Shown here: one piece after another, positions 51,618-64,000 of the stretch
How positions within the stretch are numbered: position 1 is the stretch's first letter
Layout of the letters: every line of letters starts with the position of its first letter
NCBI GenBank assembly: GCA_002189035.1
Contig: NEEC01000019.1
Span: 124,001-188,000 of the forward strand
Direction of reading: 5' to 3'
Source of the DNA: Utricularia gibba
Lineage: Eukaryota > Plantae > Magnoliophyta
Length of the DNA: 64,000 nucleotides
Program-made: the position numbers and the translations under genes
The notes under the pieces: model-generated
What the model saw: the letters and a program-made list of their open reading frames with translations, nothing else
Database searches by the model: none
What the model was told of the DNA's origin: nothing

Positions 51618-52966
51618 TCACTGATGCCATTGATTGTACCAAGTCATTGCCAATGAATCTCGCCACTGCATCCAAGCATTACTCGAGTCCAATGTATCTA
51701 TGTAGTCATCATCTCCTTGTAATGTGTTGTCTACATAACTTTGTTGCAATAAACTTTCAAGAGGATCATCCGGATCAGTGATTCGAATAAAGTTGTGGAG
51801 AAGTGCACATGCCAAAATAATGAAACTGAGTATATCCATATTGTAAAAGCAACTATCTCGTAGAATCCCCCAACGTATTTTAAGTAAACCAAAAGTTCTC
51901 TCAATTATATTCCTCGCTTTGGAGTGTCTCAAGTTAAATAATTCTCTTGAATTTTGAGGTGCTAAGTTACCGTTGCCCCATTCTTTCAAGTGATATCGAA
52001 CTCCACGATAGGGTGTAAGAAATCCTTCACAATTCATATAACCATTATCACATAGATAATAATTTCCTGAAATAATTTGATAAACCAATTAAAAAATTAA
52101 ATGAAGCTATTATGATCTCAATGGGCTGAAATACTTCATATAATAACAATGAATAAGAATATACCTCGAGGAACATGAAATCCATTGTTCCTTGTTAGAG
52201 CATCTCGTAAAACTTTGCTATCTGCAGCTGATCCTTCCCATCCAGATAACACGTATACAAATCTCATGTGTATATCACACACTTCAAGTACATTTAAACA
52301 AGTGTATCCTTTTCTACAACGATATTGGCCTTGTTCATCAACACGCACTTTTGCCTGAATGTATGTTCCATCCAAAGCTCCAAGACATCCCTGCCATTAA
52401 GAAAAAAAATGAAGAACCACATATAATTCAAATAAAAACACCTGGATGCTCACCACAAAATATTTCCAAGGAGTTTCTTCAAAATTTGTTGTCACTAGTG
52501 TAGGTTTCATGAGTAGGATGGGGTGTAGCTTTATTATAGTCCTCAAAACCTCATGAAAGTATTTATGTATTGTGTGCTTCGATCTAATGAAATCATGAGA
52601 TTGAATGCGTACCTTCTTATGATGAGATAAAACTCCCAAAAAAATAGATACTTTCTCAAGTATAGACACATGCCTTGAATTCATTAAACCACCAGCATTT
52701 TCCAACAAACTACACAATCTACCGAAGGCATTTCTAGTCATTCGCAAATTATCCAAACAAGCAAAATCACTATAACCAATAAGATGCTGAAGATGCCAAG
52801 ACTGCATATTCATTCTACCAATCATGGAGTACTTTTGTTTTTTACTTTTCTGATTTTGTTTAGCTTGCTCTAGCAAAAGAGCAAGTAATAGGCACAACCA
52901 AATGAATTGTGAAAAAATGGCTTGTTGAAGAACAAGGAACATCATGAATTCTAAAAACTCATCCAT
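51618..52966 (-). CDS. Harbinger DDE transposase (DDE_Tnp_4-like), 3 coding exons, apparently uninterrupted
   Basis: GT-AG introns 52453-52391 and 52164-52067 splice in phase. Catalytic triad GALDGT, YLCDNGY, IIERTFGLLKIRWGIL; ACALLHNFI. Start placed at the ATG at 52966 (the open frame extends to 52984). Confidence 0.88.
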
Positions 52967-55900
52967 CCTACAACAAAAGCCCATTCAAATACAGAATATG
53001 GTTAGAAAATAAAAAAAACATTTCATGCTTGAATTACCCACATAACATTGAAATGAAATCACGAGCAAGAACTCATCAGGAGCGTTGGGACTTGAACCGT
53101 AAAGAACTCGAGCAGTTTTCTTGCTAGAAAATTCAACTTGAATAGCGTTTTAGGGGAACTTCAATGGCACTAGTCTGCGTAGAGGGAATAGCAATTTTCT
53201 CTCAAGGAACACAAGACTCAGATTTGGGGAAAAGTAATTATATCAATTAATAAGGGTATAATGGTAAAATCTCATTAAAACCAGAATTTTAACATATCCA
53301 ACCAAACACACCTTTTATTATCTCTTGTAAAATAAACTATCACGAAACTAATTAAACCCATCCATGATGGTTTTATTTTACCTAGTTTCTAAAAGCACCC
53401 TAATACTAAAACATCATACCAAATGAGCCCTTAGGGGAATCCCATGTAAGCTACTGTTGCTGTAATGTGGGCAAGGAAAGAAAAACCTGAAAACTATATT
53501 CATGAGTGTTATGTTGTTGAAACTTATATCCGTTGCTATACTCTTGCTGTGATGGGAATAACAAGTTCAATTTTTTGGTCAAAAGTTGATATTCCTTCCC
53601 CAATCCCACCCAAATATGAGAGAAGGTAGGTCGTCCTAAAAAATTGTGAAAAAGGCAACTAAATGAGTCACCACCTGCACACAAGAATACCAATAGATTT
53701 GTTGGCATGATTAGGATGAATAATTAGTATAGCATATGCAAACAATGAGGTCATAGTGCCAAGACTTGCAAATATACAGGCACAAAGCTAGCTGAAAGTG
53801 TTCAAAAAAGAGTTAAGCAGGTATTTATTAAATTCTATTGTTTCATAAAATTTTTTTTTTATCAATTTTACTCAATCATATTTGTAATAAACCTTTTGTG
53901 TGATTAGATCTCAGGTTGCAAAACAAAGTCTCAATTAATAGTTGATGATTCAAGTCATATCGCAAGGGAAATTATCCCAATTATCCCAAGTGCTATTACA
54001 CAAGAAATTCAGGTGATGGTAAATTTCGAATTTAACTAAATTTTCATTAAAATCTGAATATGTTTGTCATACTATGATTTTTTAGGCCAATAATTGTGTG
54101 AATAACTCTTCACAACAACCTCTTATCATTACTCAAAGTGGGTCTGAAGTTATTCCAAGTGGAACAGTGAAAACAAATCAGGTTGTTATTTAATCTATGT
54201 TGTTTATATGTGTATTTACATATATTTTATTATATATATTGATAATTAGGCAAAAACGACCATGCAAAATGCTGAGTACACGGGGAACAGGTGGAGGCAT
54301 AGTTCAAAATGAATGGAATAGAAAACATCATGAAAAGGTATAGTTGGGTGTTTACACAATGGAGAATTTAGAGGTAAAATATCGAAGTGAGATTTATATT
54401 TGATTGCTGTTAAATTTTATTGAAAGATTTAAAGTTTAATAGTAATTGAAAGAATATATCAAAGTTTAATGTACAAATGTGATCTACATGAAGTTTCTTT
54501 TTACTCCATTTTTTACTGGTTTCAAAGATTATCTAGAACTGAAACATTTGATTTTAAAATAAAGATGAAAATGCTCTATCGTCACCATTTTATATTAGAG
54601 TCGTCTTTAGTATATAATGTTGAAAGAATGAGTAGTATTGATGATAGTACTTTTTTGGTTGCATTTTTTGCAGACCAAGCTACAATTGCTATATAAGAAA
54701 AAGAAGGGAACCTCTTCAAGCACAACAATGTTTCAGGTTTGTGACAATTATTGATGTTAATGCTAATTCAAGCTTTTCCATAACCAATTATTTTTTTTGT
54801 AGATATCACAAACTATGACACCTATAAATGTACCTATCATTATCAAAAGAGGTCAAAATTTCATCACCCTTTCAAACTTGAAAAATTCAGTGAATGTTTT
54901 CCATGCCAAAGATGATGGTAATTAAACATATGATTAAGTAATATTACTTATGTTGTTTACTAACTTTTGTAACAATGGTAATTATATTGCCATATGTATG
55001 CTTTTTATTTGATTGCTCATACTCTTATTTCAAGGTATTTGAATGATATATTTTGCTGCATTAGGAAAATATTTAATATAATGCTTATTATAAAAAGTAA
55101 TTTTAGACATATCCAATGTTTTATGCTATTTTTTAAAATTTTGAGCTTATAATTCAAGTATCAGGTGGTAAAAATAAAAAAGAAAAACATGTTATTCTAT
55201 TTTTAAAAAGTTGACCTTTTTTGATTTTGTAAAAATTTAATCGATTTTGATATTTTAATGGCATTAGTGAAATGATTAATTGGTTTTAATGAAATAAAAT
55301 AACTTTGGTGTCACTAATGAAAATCAGACATATGTTCAAGGGCTTTAACGTAAATTTATTATTAAACTGATCTTATTTAAACTGATCTTATTGCCGGTCT
55401 AATGACATAAAAATCCGATTTTTATGGATTAGTTATAATTGAAACGGTTCATATATATTTAATGGTTTTAGTGAAACAAAAAAAATCCGATGGGAAAACT
55501 GAAAATGTGTGTTATGTTTAATTGCTTTAATGAAATTTTCCCTTTTTAAAAATACTCATTATCATTTATGAATTTAAACAAAAAAATATGGAATAAATTC
55601 CCTTAAATGGAGAAGTAGATTAGTGCGATGGTCTAGATTATCATTTATGAATGTTAACGAGGATTTAGATGATTGTGAAACATATGTTAAAGAATATCTA
55701 CCTACTTGATTTGTAGGGATTATAGAAGGTGATAGCATACTCATGTATGATGGATGTCAAAATATTAAGCTTTGATCGGTATGAACGTCACTATGTAGGA
55801 GATTTATATATCGTCTTGTGTTCACTACACCTGGAAGGCATCGAGTTGGAGTATGATGCCTTCATGTCGATTGACTATCATCATGCATGTGGGTCAATAA

Positions 55901-57087
55901 ATCTTTTAAATGATGATGCGCGTGAAATGCATGTGTCTGTTTTTGGTCGAGATGCTTCTAGGTCTTGTGTAAACACGTCATCAAAATCATATGCTTGTGA
56001 TCGATGATCACATCTCCTTGAAGTTTGATATCAACTGCACCCTTTGTCATATGGTGGTAGGTCATCCAACTTTGGTTTGAAGATAGAATGGATATATAGA
56101 AAGGATAAATGATATTGCATCCTAATGTTTTCCATCCTGTGAAGGATGGGCTTGTGCTACGTATGTGTTCATCAATGCAAAAATCTTAACATAGCTTCTA
56201 TCCCATAGGTTTATGAAAAAATGATGGCATGCCAATGAATTTGAATGTTATAAAAAGTAGCTTCTATGCGTGATAACATAAATATATGGGGAGTTGTCAA
56301 ATACTACATTCACATTCATTATTCTTGACATATGTTTCCATCAAGAACATGAATTATATAATTTTCTCAAGTCATATGTATGCAATGCGATAAAAGGCTT
56401 TTTCTTTGTTATGATGCTTGGTTGTATGAATTATTCACTCTATGATGATATGATATTCATTGTGCATATCTTTGACCATACTTTTTTTTTATTCACACCC
56501 CTTTTCAAATATGAACCATATACCGATACATATTTAATAATTTATGCATTAATTGTCAAAAAGACAACCTACATGCTTTATATTAAATATTTATTATCAT
56601 AATAGTGTACTTGGGAAATGATAATAAATGATATTACATAAAATATAGTTTTTTATAATAGATGAAGATGCAACATACTCAGTTCTTCCTTAATTATAAA
56701 ATAGCGTTCGATTTTCTCATCATTTTCAAAAAGGAAGTCATACGCCATTTGACATCATGATCAAATTTCTTCAATCGCATGATTCTAAGTGTTTTCTGTG
56801 TTGCATATGTTACCTTATATATTCAAGCAACATTCACATTTACTTATTTAAGAAAACAAATCCAATCATTACTATATTCTTTTAGGAAAGATGCATACAC
56901 AATGGGAAAAACACAACTATTTACATAAATTATAGCACACATGTTGGTGTATGTGTTCTAGAGACAATCAACTCATTGGCAAATCTGAACATGATCATTC
57001 ATGTCTATCATGAATAATTTTGAAAACATGATTTTATTAGTCTTAGTTTGGACTTGAGGACAAGTCTGGTGTTATTGTAGCATAGTG

Positions 57088-60000
57088 TGATAACCCATGA
57101 ATTTTCCTATTATTAGAGTAAGAAAATTATGCTTTTGAATCATGTTTTAAGTGTTTATCTTATAGTTTTTAGTATTTTTACAAAATTTTAGAACATAATG
57201 TGATTTTATGTGTTAATGGGATAATTCCTTTGATTTAGCCCATCCCATGTTATTCACATTTTGTCTAGTCCAGCAGCAAAGTTCTAAAATCAGGGAGGAG
57301 ACATGAATTTCGTGCATGTAGAGATTTGGAAGAATGGGCAGCATTAAAAGAGGAGACATAATGCACTGTTCAGCCGTCCACAGTCTGCAGGTTTAGGCCA
57401 AGAACAGTACAGATGTCAGGAACAGTAGATTGATTTTGAAAAATGGAAAAAAGATGTGAAGATATTTTTGGAGGAGGGAGAAGGAAGAGAAGATGGGCAG
57501 ACCCGAGAAGGGGGCTTCTTCCCCAACGCGAAAAACACCAACCAGAAGGGGGGAAGAAGGCCTCCATCTTCAAGAACAGCACTAGAGCCCAGTCTAGCGC
57601 TACTGTTCCGGGCTATGAACAGTAGCAACCAGGCGAAAAAATTAATCTTTACTTGCTTCCAGTTTTCTGAACATTTCTAGTTTTTGTACTAGACTAGCTT
57701 ACAATGTTTCTGTTATTTTTGCCAGCTTATATGAATGAAATCGTGTTTTATTTCCCAAGCATGAGTGGCTAAAGTCTTGGATGCGTTAAGGTGAAGTGGC
57801 GTGGTGTGTGTTTAGGGTTGATGATGAAATTTATGTGTATTCCTTGACTCTTGTTTCTAACAAACCATGGGTAGACCTAAGGAGGGAAACAAGTAGTTCA
57901 CAACTTAGATGCTTGGTTTAGAGGTAGACCAACAAACCAAGACGGGAGTAGTCGGTGTTAGTCCAGGGTAGAACCAGTAGAACCGGGTAGACCTAGTTCT
58001 ATATGCCTTGCATATAGATAGACCTAATTGCAATGTTGGTTATGATATTGAGGACTAGCTTAGCCAAAAATATGATGAATGACCTTGGTAGACTTAGGTT
58101 ATTTGAAGTTGTGAGTGTAGGAAGATAGTAAATTAAGTTAGGAATCTTAGCATAATACTACCCGTAGATCCTTAAGGCGTCCTCGTGTTATTCTAACTTA
58201 GAACTAGTACCTGTCACTTTAGCGTTGAAACCTGATATTGCTTAACTATCTTGTTTACTGAACTTGTTTACCACTGTTAGTCCGAGCTTAGACCAAGACT
58301 TACTGTTATCCGAAATTATGCATGTAGTAAAACACTTGGCAAGTACAAGCTCTTCGTGATCGACCTCGATATCCACTATAAAGTTTTCTAAATTTGTATT
58401 TTGTGTAGATTAGGGATTATAAATTTATTTGATAACAAAATTTCTATTATTGCAACGACATTAGGAATTCTCGTTTATCAAATTGACGCCGTTGCCGGGG
58501 AGCGGTGTTCAATTGTTTTGTGTTTTTAGTTGATGCATTGGTGTTCCTTTGGTGCAGGGAATTTCGATTTCAAGCTTGAGGTCGAGAGGGCTACTTGAGG
58601 GAACCGCAAAAAAAAAGAAAAAATCAAGGGAGGTGGTCAAGCTGAGGAAAATCCTTACCGTAATCACCCAAATCTGAAAATGGCCGAATAGGAGAAGACA
58701 TTGAACGAATTAGATGCTGCTGATCACACTTACAAGGGATTGTGTATCAATTTTTCAGATGATGCAACAAGTGAACTTAAACCTTCCATGATTAATTTTT
58801 TGCCAAAGTTCTATGGGAAGATTGGAGAAAATCCACACGAGCACTTGGATAATATTGCAGCAGTTTGCACATCATTTAAAAGTGCTGGAGTGATGGAAGA
58901 AGCAATTTGTTTGAGGGCATTTCAATTTACTTTGGAAGGAGGATGATAACACACATTTTTCCTAAAATTCATAACACAAAATAGCTATATTTTATCATGA
59001 TTTAGGTTAGATAAATGTGGTTTTTCATGCTTTAGTGGTGTTTATGTTGATCCTATGTGATTATGTTGAAAAGTGGACTAAATCAAGGATTTAGTCCACA
59101 ACTCTTATTACTAACGTTTCAGTAAGTTCAGCAAGGAGATGAGCCGAAAATCAGACTTGCAAACGTGTAAAACAAGCAAAAAAGGGGTGCAAAATCCGGA
59201 GAAGGACAAAGAGCACTATTCTGCTGCTACCGCAGTCTGCAAGTTCAGGCTGGGAACAGTGCTGGCAGTCGGGAATAGTGCTGGCGGTCGGGAATAGTAC
59301 TAGCGGACAGCAACAGTGCAATGGAGTGAAGGAAAGGGGAAATTTATTTTCGAAAAAGAGGAGAGCACGAAGAACACAGAGAGGGGGGGGGGGGGGCGCA
59401 AAGGGGGTCTTCTTCCCTAACGGGAGAAACACCAACCAGAAGGGGGAAGAATGGCCTCCATCAGCAAGAATAGCACCGGAGCCCAATCCAGCGCTACTGT
59501 TCCGGGCTGTGAACAATAGCTAATGGGCGGAAGAACAATCTTTATTTACTTTCTAGTTTTCTGAACATTTCGACTTTCTGCATTTTACTTGTTTACAATG
59601 TTCCCGCCATTTTGGCCAACTTATATGAATGAAATCGTGTTTTATTTCTAAAGCATGAGTGGCTAGAGTCTTAGGGATGCCTTAAGGAGAAGTGGGTGGT
59701 ATGTGCTTAGGTTGATGATGAAATTTAGTTGTCTTCCTTAACTCTTGTTTCTAACAAACCATAGGTAGACCTAAGGAGGGGAGCAAGTAGTTTCACAACT
59801 TAGATGCTTGGTTTAGAGGTAGACCAACAAACCAAGATAGGATCAGTCGGTGTTAGTCCAGGGTAGAACTAGTAGAACCGGGTAGACCTAGTTCTATATG
59901 CCTTGCATGTGGGTAGACCTAATTGTAATGTTGGTTATGATATTGGGGACTAGCTTAAGCCAAAAATATGATGAATGACCTGAGTAGACTTAGGTTATTT

Positions 60001-60887
60001 GAAGTTGTGAGTGTAGGAAGATAATAAATTAAGTTAGGAAGCTTAGCATAACACCACCCGCAGACCCTTAAGGCGTCCTAGTATTAGTCTGAGTCAAAAC
60101 CAGTACCTGTTACCTTAGCGAAGAAACCTGATATTGCTTACCTACCTTGTTTACTGAACTTGTTTACTACTGTTAGTCCGAGCTTAGACTAAGACCTACT
60201 ATTATCCAAAATTATGCATGTACTAAACCACTTAACAAGCACAAGCTCTTCGTGATCGACCCCGATATCCACTATACAAGTTTTCCAAATTTGTATTTTG
60301 TGTAGATTAGGGATTATAAATTTATTTGATACGGATTTTCTATTTTTATTTTCAACGATATTAGGAAATTTCCGTTTATCAGAGGAGCAAGAATGTGGTG
60401 TAATTCCTTGAAGCCAAAAAGCATATCAGATTGGGCTGGCATGAAGGAAGCATTCTTGAGCAAATATTTTCCTGCCTCTAAAGCTTAAGGAATTAGAAAA
60501 AAAATCAGTGACATTGAGCAAATGAATGTGGAATCACTTCATGAGTATTGGGAGAGGTTTAATCAATTGCTTGGATCTTGTCCTCACCATGGTTTTCAAT
60601 CTGCTTCCTTGGTCAAATATTTTTATGATGGATTAATGTACACTGATAGATCCATGGTTGATTCAGCAGCAGGGGGGTTCTTGAGAGAAAAGACACCAAC
60701 CGAAGCTCTTTCCTTGCTTGAGGAGTTGGCTGAGCATTCTAGGTATATTATCAGAAAGTAGGCCTCAAACAAGAGAGTATACGAAGTGGAGAGTAAACCT
60801 AGGGTTTCAGAGATTGAAGTCATGAAAAATATTGTTGCTATGTCAGAAATTATGAAGGAGCTATTCTTATTCCAGGCCAAGAACATG
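57088..60887 (+). mobile_element. Athila retroelement 1 (family alpha): LTR 57088-58480, tRNA-Asp PBS 58481-58501, gag from 58680, interrupted twice
   Basis: TGATAACC...GTTTATCA followed by aattgacgccgttgccgggga. Gag LKPSMINFLPKFYG...PHEHL...LRAFQFTLEGG resumes after the solo LTR as ARMWCNSLKPKSISDW...LHEYWERF. In-frame stops present. Confidence 0.88.
58944..60381 (+). mobile_element. Solo LTR (family alpha, 1438 bp) inside the gag of element 1
   Basis: TGATAAC...GTTTATCA with a perfect TSD GAGGA (58939-58943, 60382-60386). Collinear with the LTR at 57088-58480. Confidence 0.93.
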
Positions 60888-63800
60888 TGTTAACACTGTT
60901 TTTATAGTGTTTTTATATATGTTTTTAAGTGTGCTTTGTAGGGTTAAATGTTGCTTAGGGTGCTAAAATGTCTTCTTTTGCGTATGTGGACTGTTGAAAT
61001 ATGTTTATTGTGAAAATAGGCTCAATTGACAACAATTGAGCTGAAAACTTTAATATTTCGTCTAGTTTGTATTTTAAGTCTTACCAGGGTAAGAGCTAGT
61101 ACTGCAGCAGCGTACTTTCCACGTTGAAAAGTCAAAAGGGGATAGAAAAAAAGCTGTGTAAAAGCCACTTTTGCTGAAAGCAGCCGCCCTTCTGCAAGGA
61201 TAAGATTTGGAGTAGGATCTCTCTTCTAGAAGCCTGAGGAAAAGACAAGACTACTTTTACTTTTGAGCTGCAAAAGGGAAAAGGAAGAGTGAGAGAAAAG
61301 AGAGTACACTGTGCATGTAGAGTGCACAGAGGGACAAATAGGAGTGAGCGGGAGCGAGGAGAACTTCGTTTCTCCAACGAACGTCTCCGGCAACCTCCAA
61401 ATCTACGTGTTTACACCGTCTTTCCGCCCAAAAACTTGATTTCCAGCAGATCTACAATCGAGAGCAACCGCTATACACTTCATTTTTTTTATTTTTTGCA
61501 CTTCTATTTCGCTGACAAACTAACTACTGTTTCCTTTTGCGCCTTTATGCTTTCTGTTACGTTTTGATGCCTTATTGTGAACTCGAAAATGTCGGTAGAC
61601 CTTGCTTTAGCTTATAAACATGTTTACATTTAAGCTTTTCACGTTTGCTTTTAAGTTAAACACGCTTTTACTGTTCCTGCGAACCATGCTCTGTTTCTGC
61701 AAACTATTACTCTGTTTTTAAGCGTTTCATAGCTGGGTTTATGCCTATGGGCTCTCTTGAGTGACACAAGAGCCAGACCCTGATGTAAAACCCAGCCAAA
61801 TTTATTTTATGTTTTCTGCACCTTCACGTTAATTTCAGTCCCTTTTACCCCTGCAACTCGTTTATTCCAGTCACTGTTATTTTAGATCTTACCCGCGCTA
61901 GAATTAAACCCTAGAAAACCCCCCTGTTTCCAGTAAATGTGTTAAAGTTCAGGAAATTACAACCATTTCTTGTGGATTCGACCCTTGTTTGCCACACTAC
62001 ATTAATTCCTGTGATTTTTGTAGTAGAATAGCTAGGTTTATAAATTTCTTATGATGCGTTGACTGTACTAGACCGCAACATTTAGCAACTCATTCCAACG
62101 TTCATCAAAATGGCGCTATTGCCGGGGAATGGTGTCTATAAATTTCTCTGTTTTTAATGCATTTACGTTCCTTTGCAGGTGCACTTGAACCTCTTGATTT
62201 GGAGATCGAGAGGACCGAAAAATTACTGAGAAAGAAGCACAATCAAAGTCAGCAAGAGGCTAAGTTGAGAGCCATAGAGATGGCTGACACACCACCAAAT
62301 AACCAACAGCTTGTGAATATCTTGGAGAAGACCATTGGGGAGTATGAGTCACCAGACCATACCTACCGAGGGCATTGTATCACCTTTCCTACATCAGCAA
62401 TTAATTTGAAGTTGAGGCCAGGAACCCTTGCTCTGTTTCCCAAGTATTATGGGAACAAGAATGAGGATCCTCACATGCATATTGATGATTGTATTGCTGT
62501 TGGAGCTGTGCTGCGACCCAAGGACGTGACTGAGGATGATTTACTACTCAGAGTCTTCCAATTTACTCTTGAAGGACATGCCAAGACGTGGTTCAATACA
62601 CTTGAACCCCGAAGTATTAGAAGCTGGATGGAAATGAAGAAAGAATTTTTAAATCAGTTTTTTCCTACCTCTAGAGCAGATGAAATTCGAAGCAAAATTG
62701 AAAATATTTTTCAGGATTATGATGAGCCTTTACATGAATATTGGGACAGGTTTACAACTCCTCTTTCGAGCTGCACACATCATGGATTTGATAAGTTGAA
62801 GCAAGTGAAGTGTTTTTTGAAGGGTTTGACTGCTGCACAAAGAGACAAGTTGGATTTTTCTACACATGGTAATATGAGTACTCTTACCCCATCTGAAGGT
62901 TGGGAGAAAATTAAAGAAATGGTTGGACATTGCAGGCATTCTTAGTCTCGGTCTCGAGCCCAACACCAAGTGCATGAAATGGGGATATTGAGAGAGGATG
63001 AAGCAGCAAGAAATGACAAGGATATTGCTGAATTGAAGGATATGGTGAAAGGTTTATTTCTTGTTCATGCAAAATCTGTGCCTTGTGAAGTATGTGGAAT
63101 TCTGGGACATACTCCAGATCATTGCTCCATGAAAGGAAATCTGGAATAACCACTTGAAGGAGTGAATGCAATGGGGTATATGAATAATAGAGCTGATTAT
63201 TTCAGGCCCAAGAATGACCAGCGTTTCGAGCCTATGAGGAGTCATCCCAATTTTAGTTGGAGAAGCACCAACGTTGAAAATCCTCAACATCTGGGATTTA
63301 CTCAATCGCAGTAACAAACAGCACCACCAATTTCGTTTCAGCAAGGACAGAGTGTTCAACAGGGGAATAGATATCCAAATAAGCCATATCAGCCCCCACA
63401 TCAGAGAGTCGACCAGCCAAGCACTTCAGGTGTTAAACCACCTCCTTCAACTGAAGAAATGATGAAGATGATGCTGGAAAACATGGCCAGACGTGATGCT
63501 GAACAAGCAAAAAGGGATGTTGAATCTGAGAAGATGATGAAGAGTCTTGAGAGGCAAATTGGCCAACTTGCTACAGAGCTCACAGAACTGAAAGGAAATT
63601 CAGGGAAACTACCATCTCAGCCCAATGCCAATCCAAAAGCAAACATTTCTGCTATTGAACTTCATGGGGGAAAGCAACTACCTGACCGAAAGGCCCCTAC
63701 AAGTCATAGTAAAGTGGCTGAAGGTGTTAAAATTAATTCTGAGGATAAGGTGTAGCATGGAAAAGCAGCTGGGGAACCTGTTGTTGAGATCAAGAAAACG

Positions 63801-64000
63801 CCTCCTTTCCCTAGAAGATTACAAGCTAGAGCAAGGCAAGAAGAGAAGGACTCTATAATTATAGCCTTGGACTCTGCAATGATTACCATGAAGGCTGTAG
63901 ATTATTTGAAGCAAGTGCCGAAAGGGATGAAAGTATTGAAGGACTTGTGTAGTTCGAAGAGGAAGAACAAGGATGAAGAATTGATCAAAGTCAGTGCTCA
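60888..64000 (+). mobile_element. Athila retroelement 2 (family beta): 5' LTR 60888-62107, tRNA-Asp PBS, gag; continues beyond the window
   Basis: TGTTAACACTG...CGTTCATCA followed by aaatggcgctattgccgggga. Retrotransposon-gag ORF 62157-62945 (LRVFQFTLEGHAKTWF...FFP), knuckle CEVCGILGHTPDHC (~63083-63124), ERQIGQLA...GKLPSQP..NPK. Stops and frameshifts present. Confidence 0.9.

Larger units (their letters stand above)
49949..53430. mobile_element. PIF/Harbinger element with autonomous architecture (3482 bp)
   Basis: TIRs GGGCTCGTTTGGTAT and ATACCAAATGAGCCC (14/15). TTA TSD at 49946-49948 and 53431-53433. Convergent Myb/SANT-like and DDE ORFs. Confidence 0.95.
47729..53790 (+). pseudogene. MuDRA-like transposase pseudogene, split by the Harbinger insertion
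   Basis: MULE-type stretches (CHLHSNMK...LKNLLWATAKAT, LLNNACECFNSAILEIREKPII.LLEGIR), SWIM CSCRKWEL|RGIPC and a C-terminal knuckle ICKQ*GHSAKTC. Several stops and frameshifts. Confidence 0.85.
47461..55542 (+). mobile_element. Complete Mutator-like (MULE) element, non-functional, carrying a nested Harbinger
   Basis: The left end gggctaatttcataaaagctattaaatataacacacg...cactaaagccattaaata is the reverse complement (with substitutions) of 55450-55542. Flanked by identical TTTTTAAAAA (47451-47460, 55543-55552). Confidence 0.9.

Noticed and set aside
59383-59396. G14 run in the solo LTR as a functional G-quadruplex
   Set aside because: It is a homopolymer expansion absent from the sister LTR at the same position and prone to sequencing error.
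1-64000. CRISPR arrays, rRNA, tRNA or prokaryotic defence systems
   Set aside because: The window is intron-rich plant nuclear DNA. No regularly spaced repeats or RNA-gene signatures were seen, and the tRNA-like strings are retroelement primer-binding sites.

Overview
Plant (eudicot) nuclear DNA; the species cannot be assigned from this window. A compact island of five intact intron-containing genes is surrounded by nested transposon debris: a plant cysteine oxidase (16366-17580, +), a SUVR3-type SET methyltransferase (17754-18852, -), the mitochondrial 2-oxoglutarate dehydrogenase E2 subunit (19300-22139, -), DNA ligase IV (30737-38210, +) and an SMXL4/5-class gene (43336-46584, +). The left ~15 kb is decayed Copia elements interrupted by Athila-type solo LTRs. 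The right ~17 kb holds a complete but dead Mutator-like element (TIRs, 10-bp TSD). Its SWIM domain is split by a PIF/Harbinger element whose DDE transposase is still intact. A three-layer Athila nest follows and runs off the window. The most interesting signals are in RNA processing. (1) The E2 gene has a duplicated 5' splice site that would add 19 in-frame codons and create a second ETDK lipoyl-lysine motif. (2) LIG4 has two minor-spliceosome (U12-type) introns, one directly after a 7-nt micro-exon. (3) A G-quadruplex-forming tract lies just upstream of the SMXL4/5 start codon. Gene and TE identities come from manual translation and recalled family motifs, not database searches. Nothing here proves a wholly new biological system.
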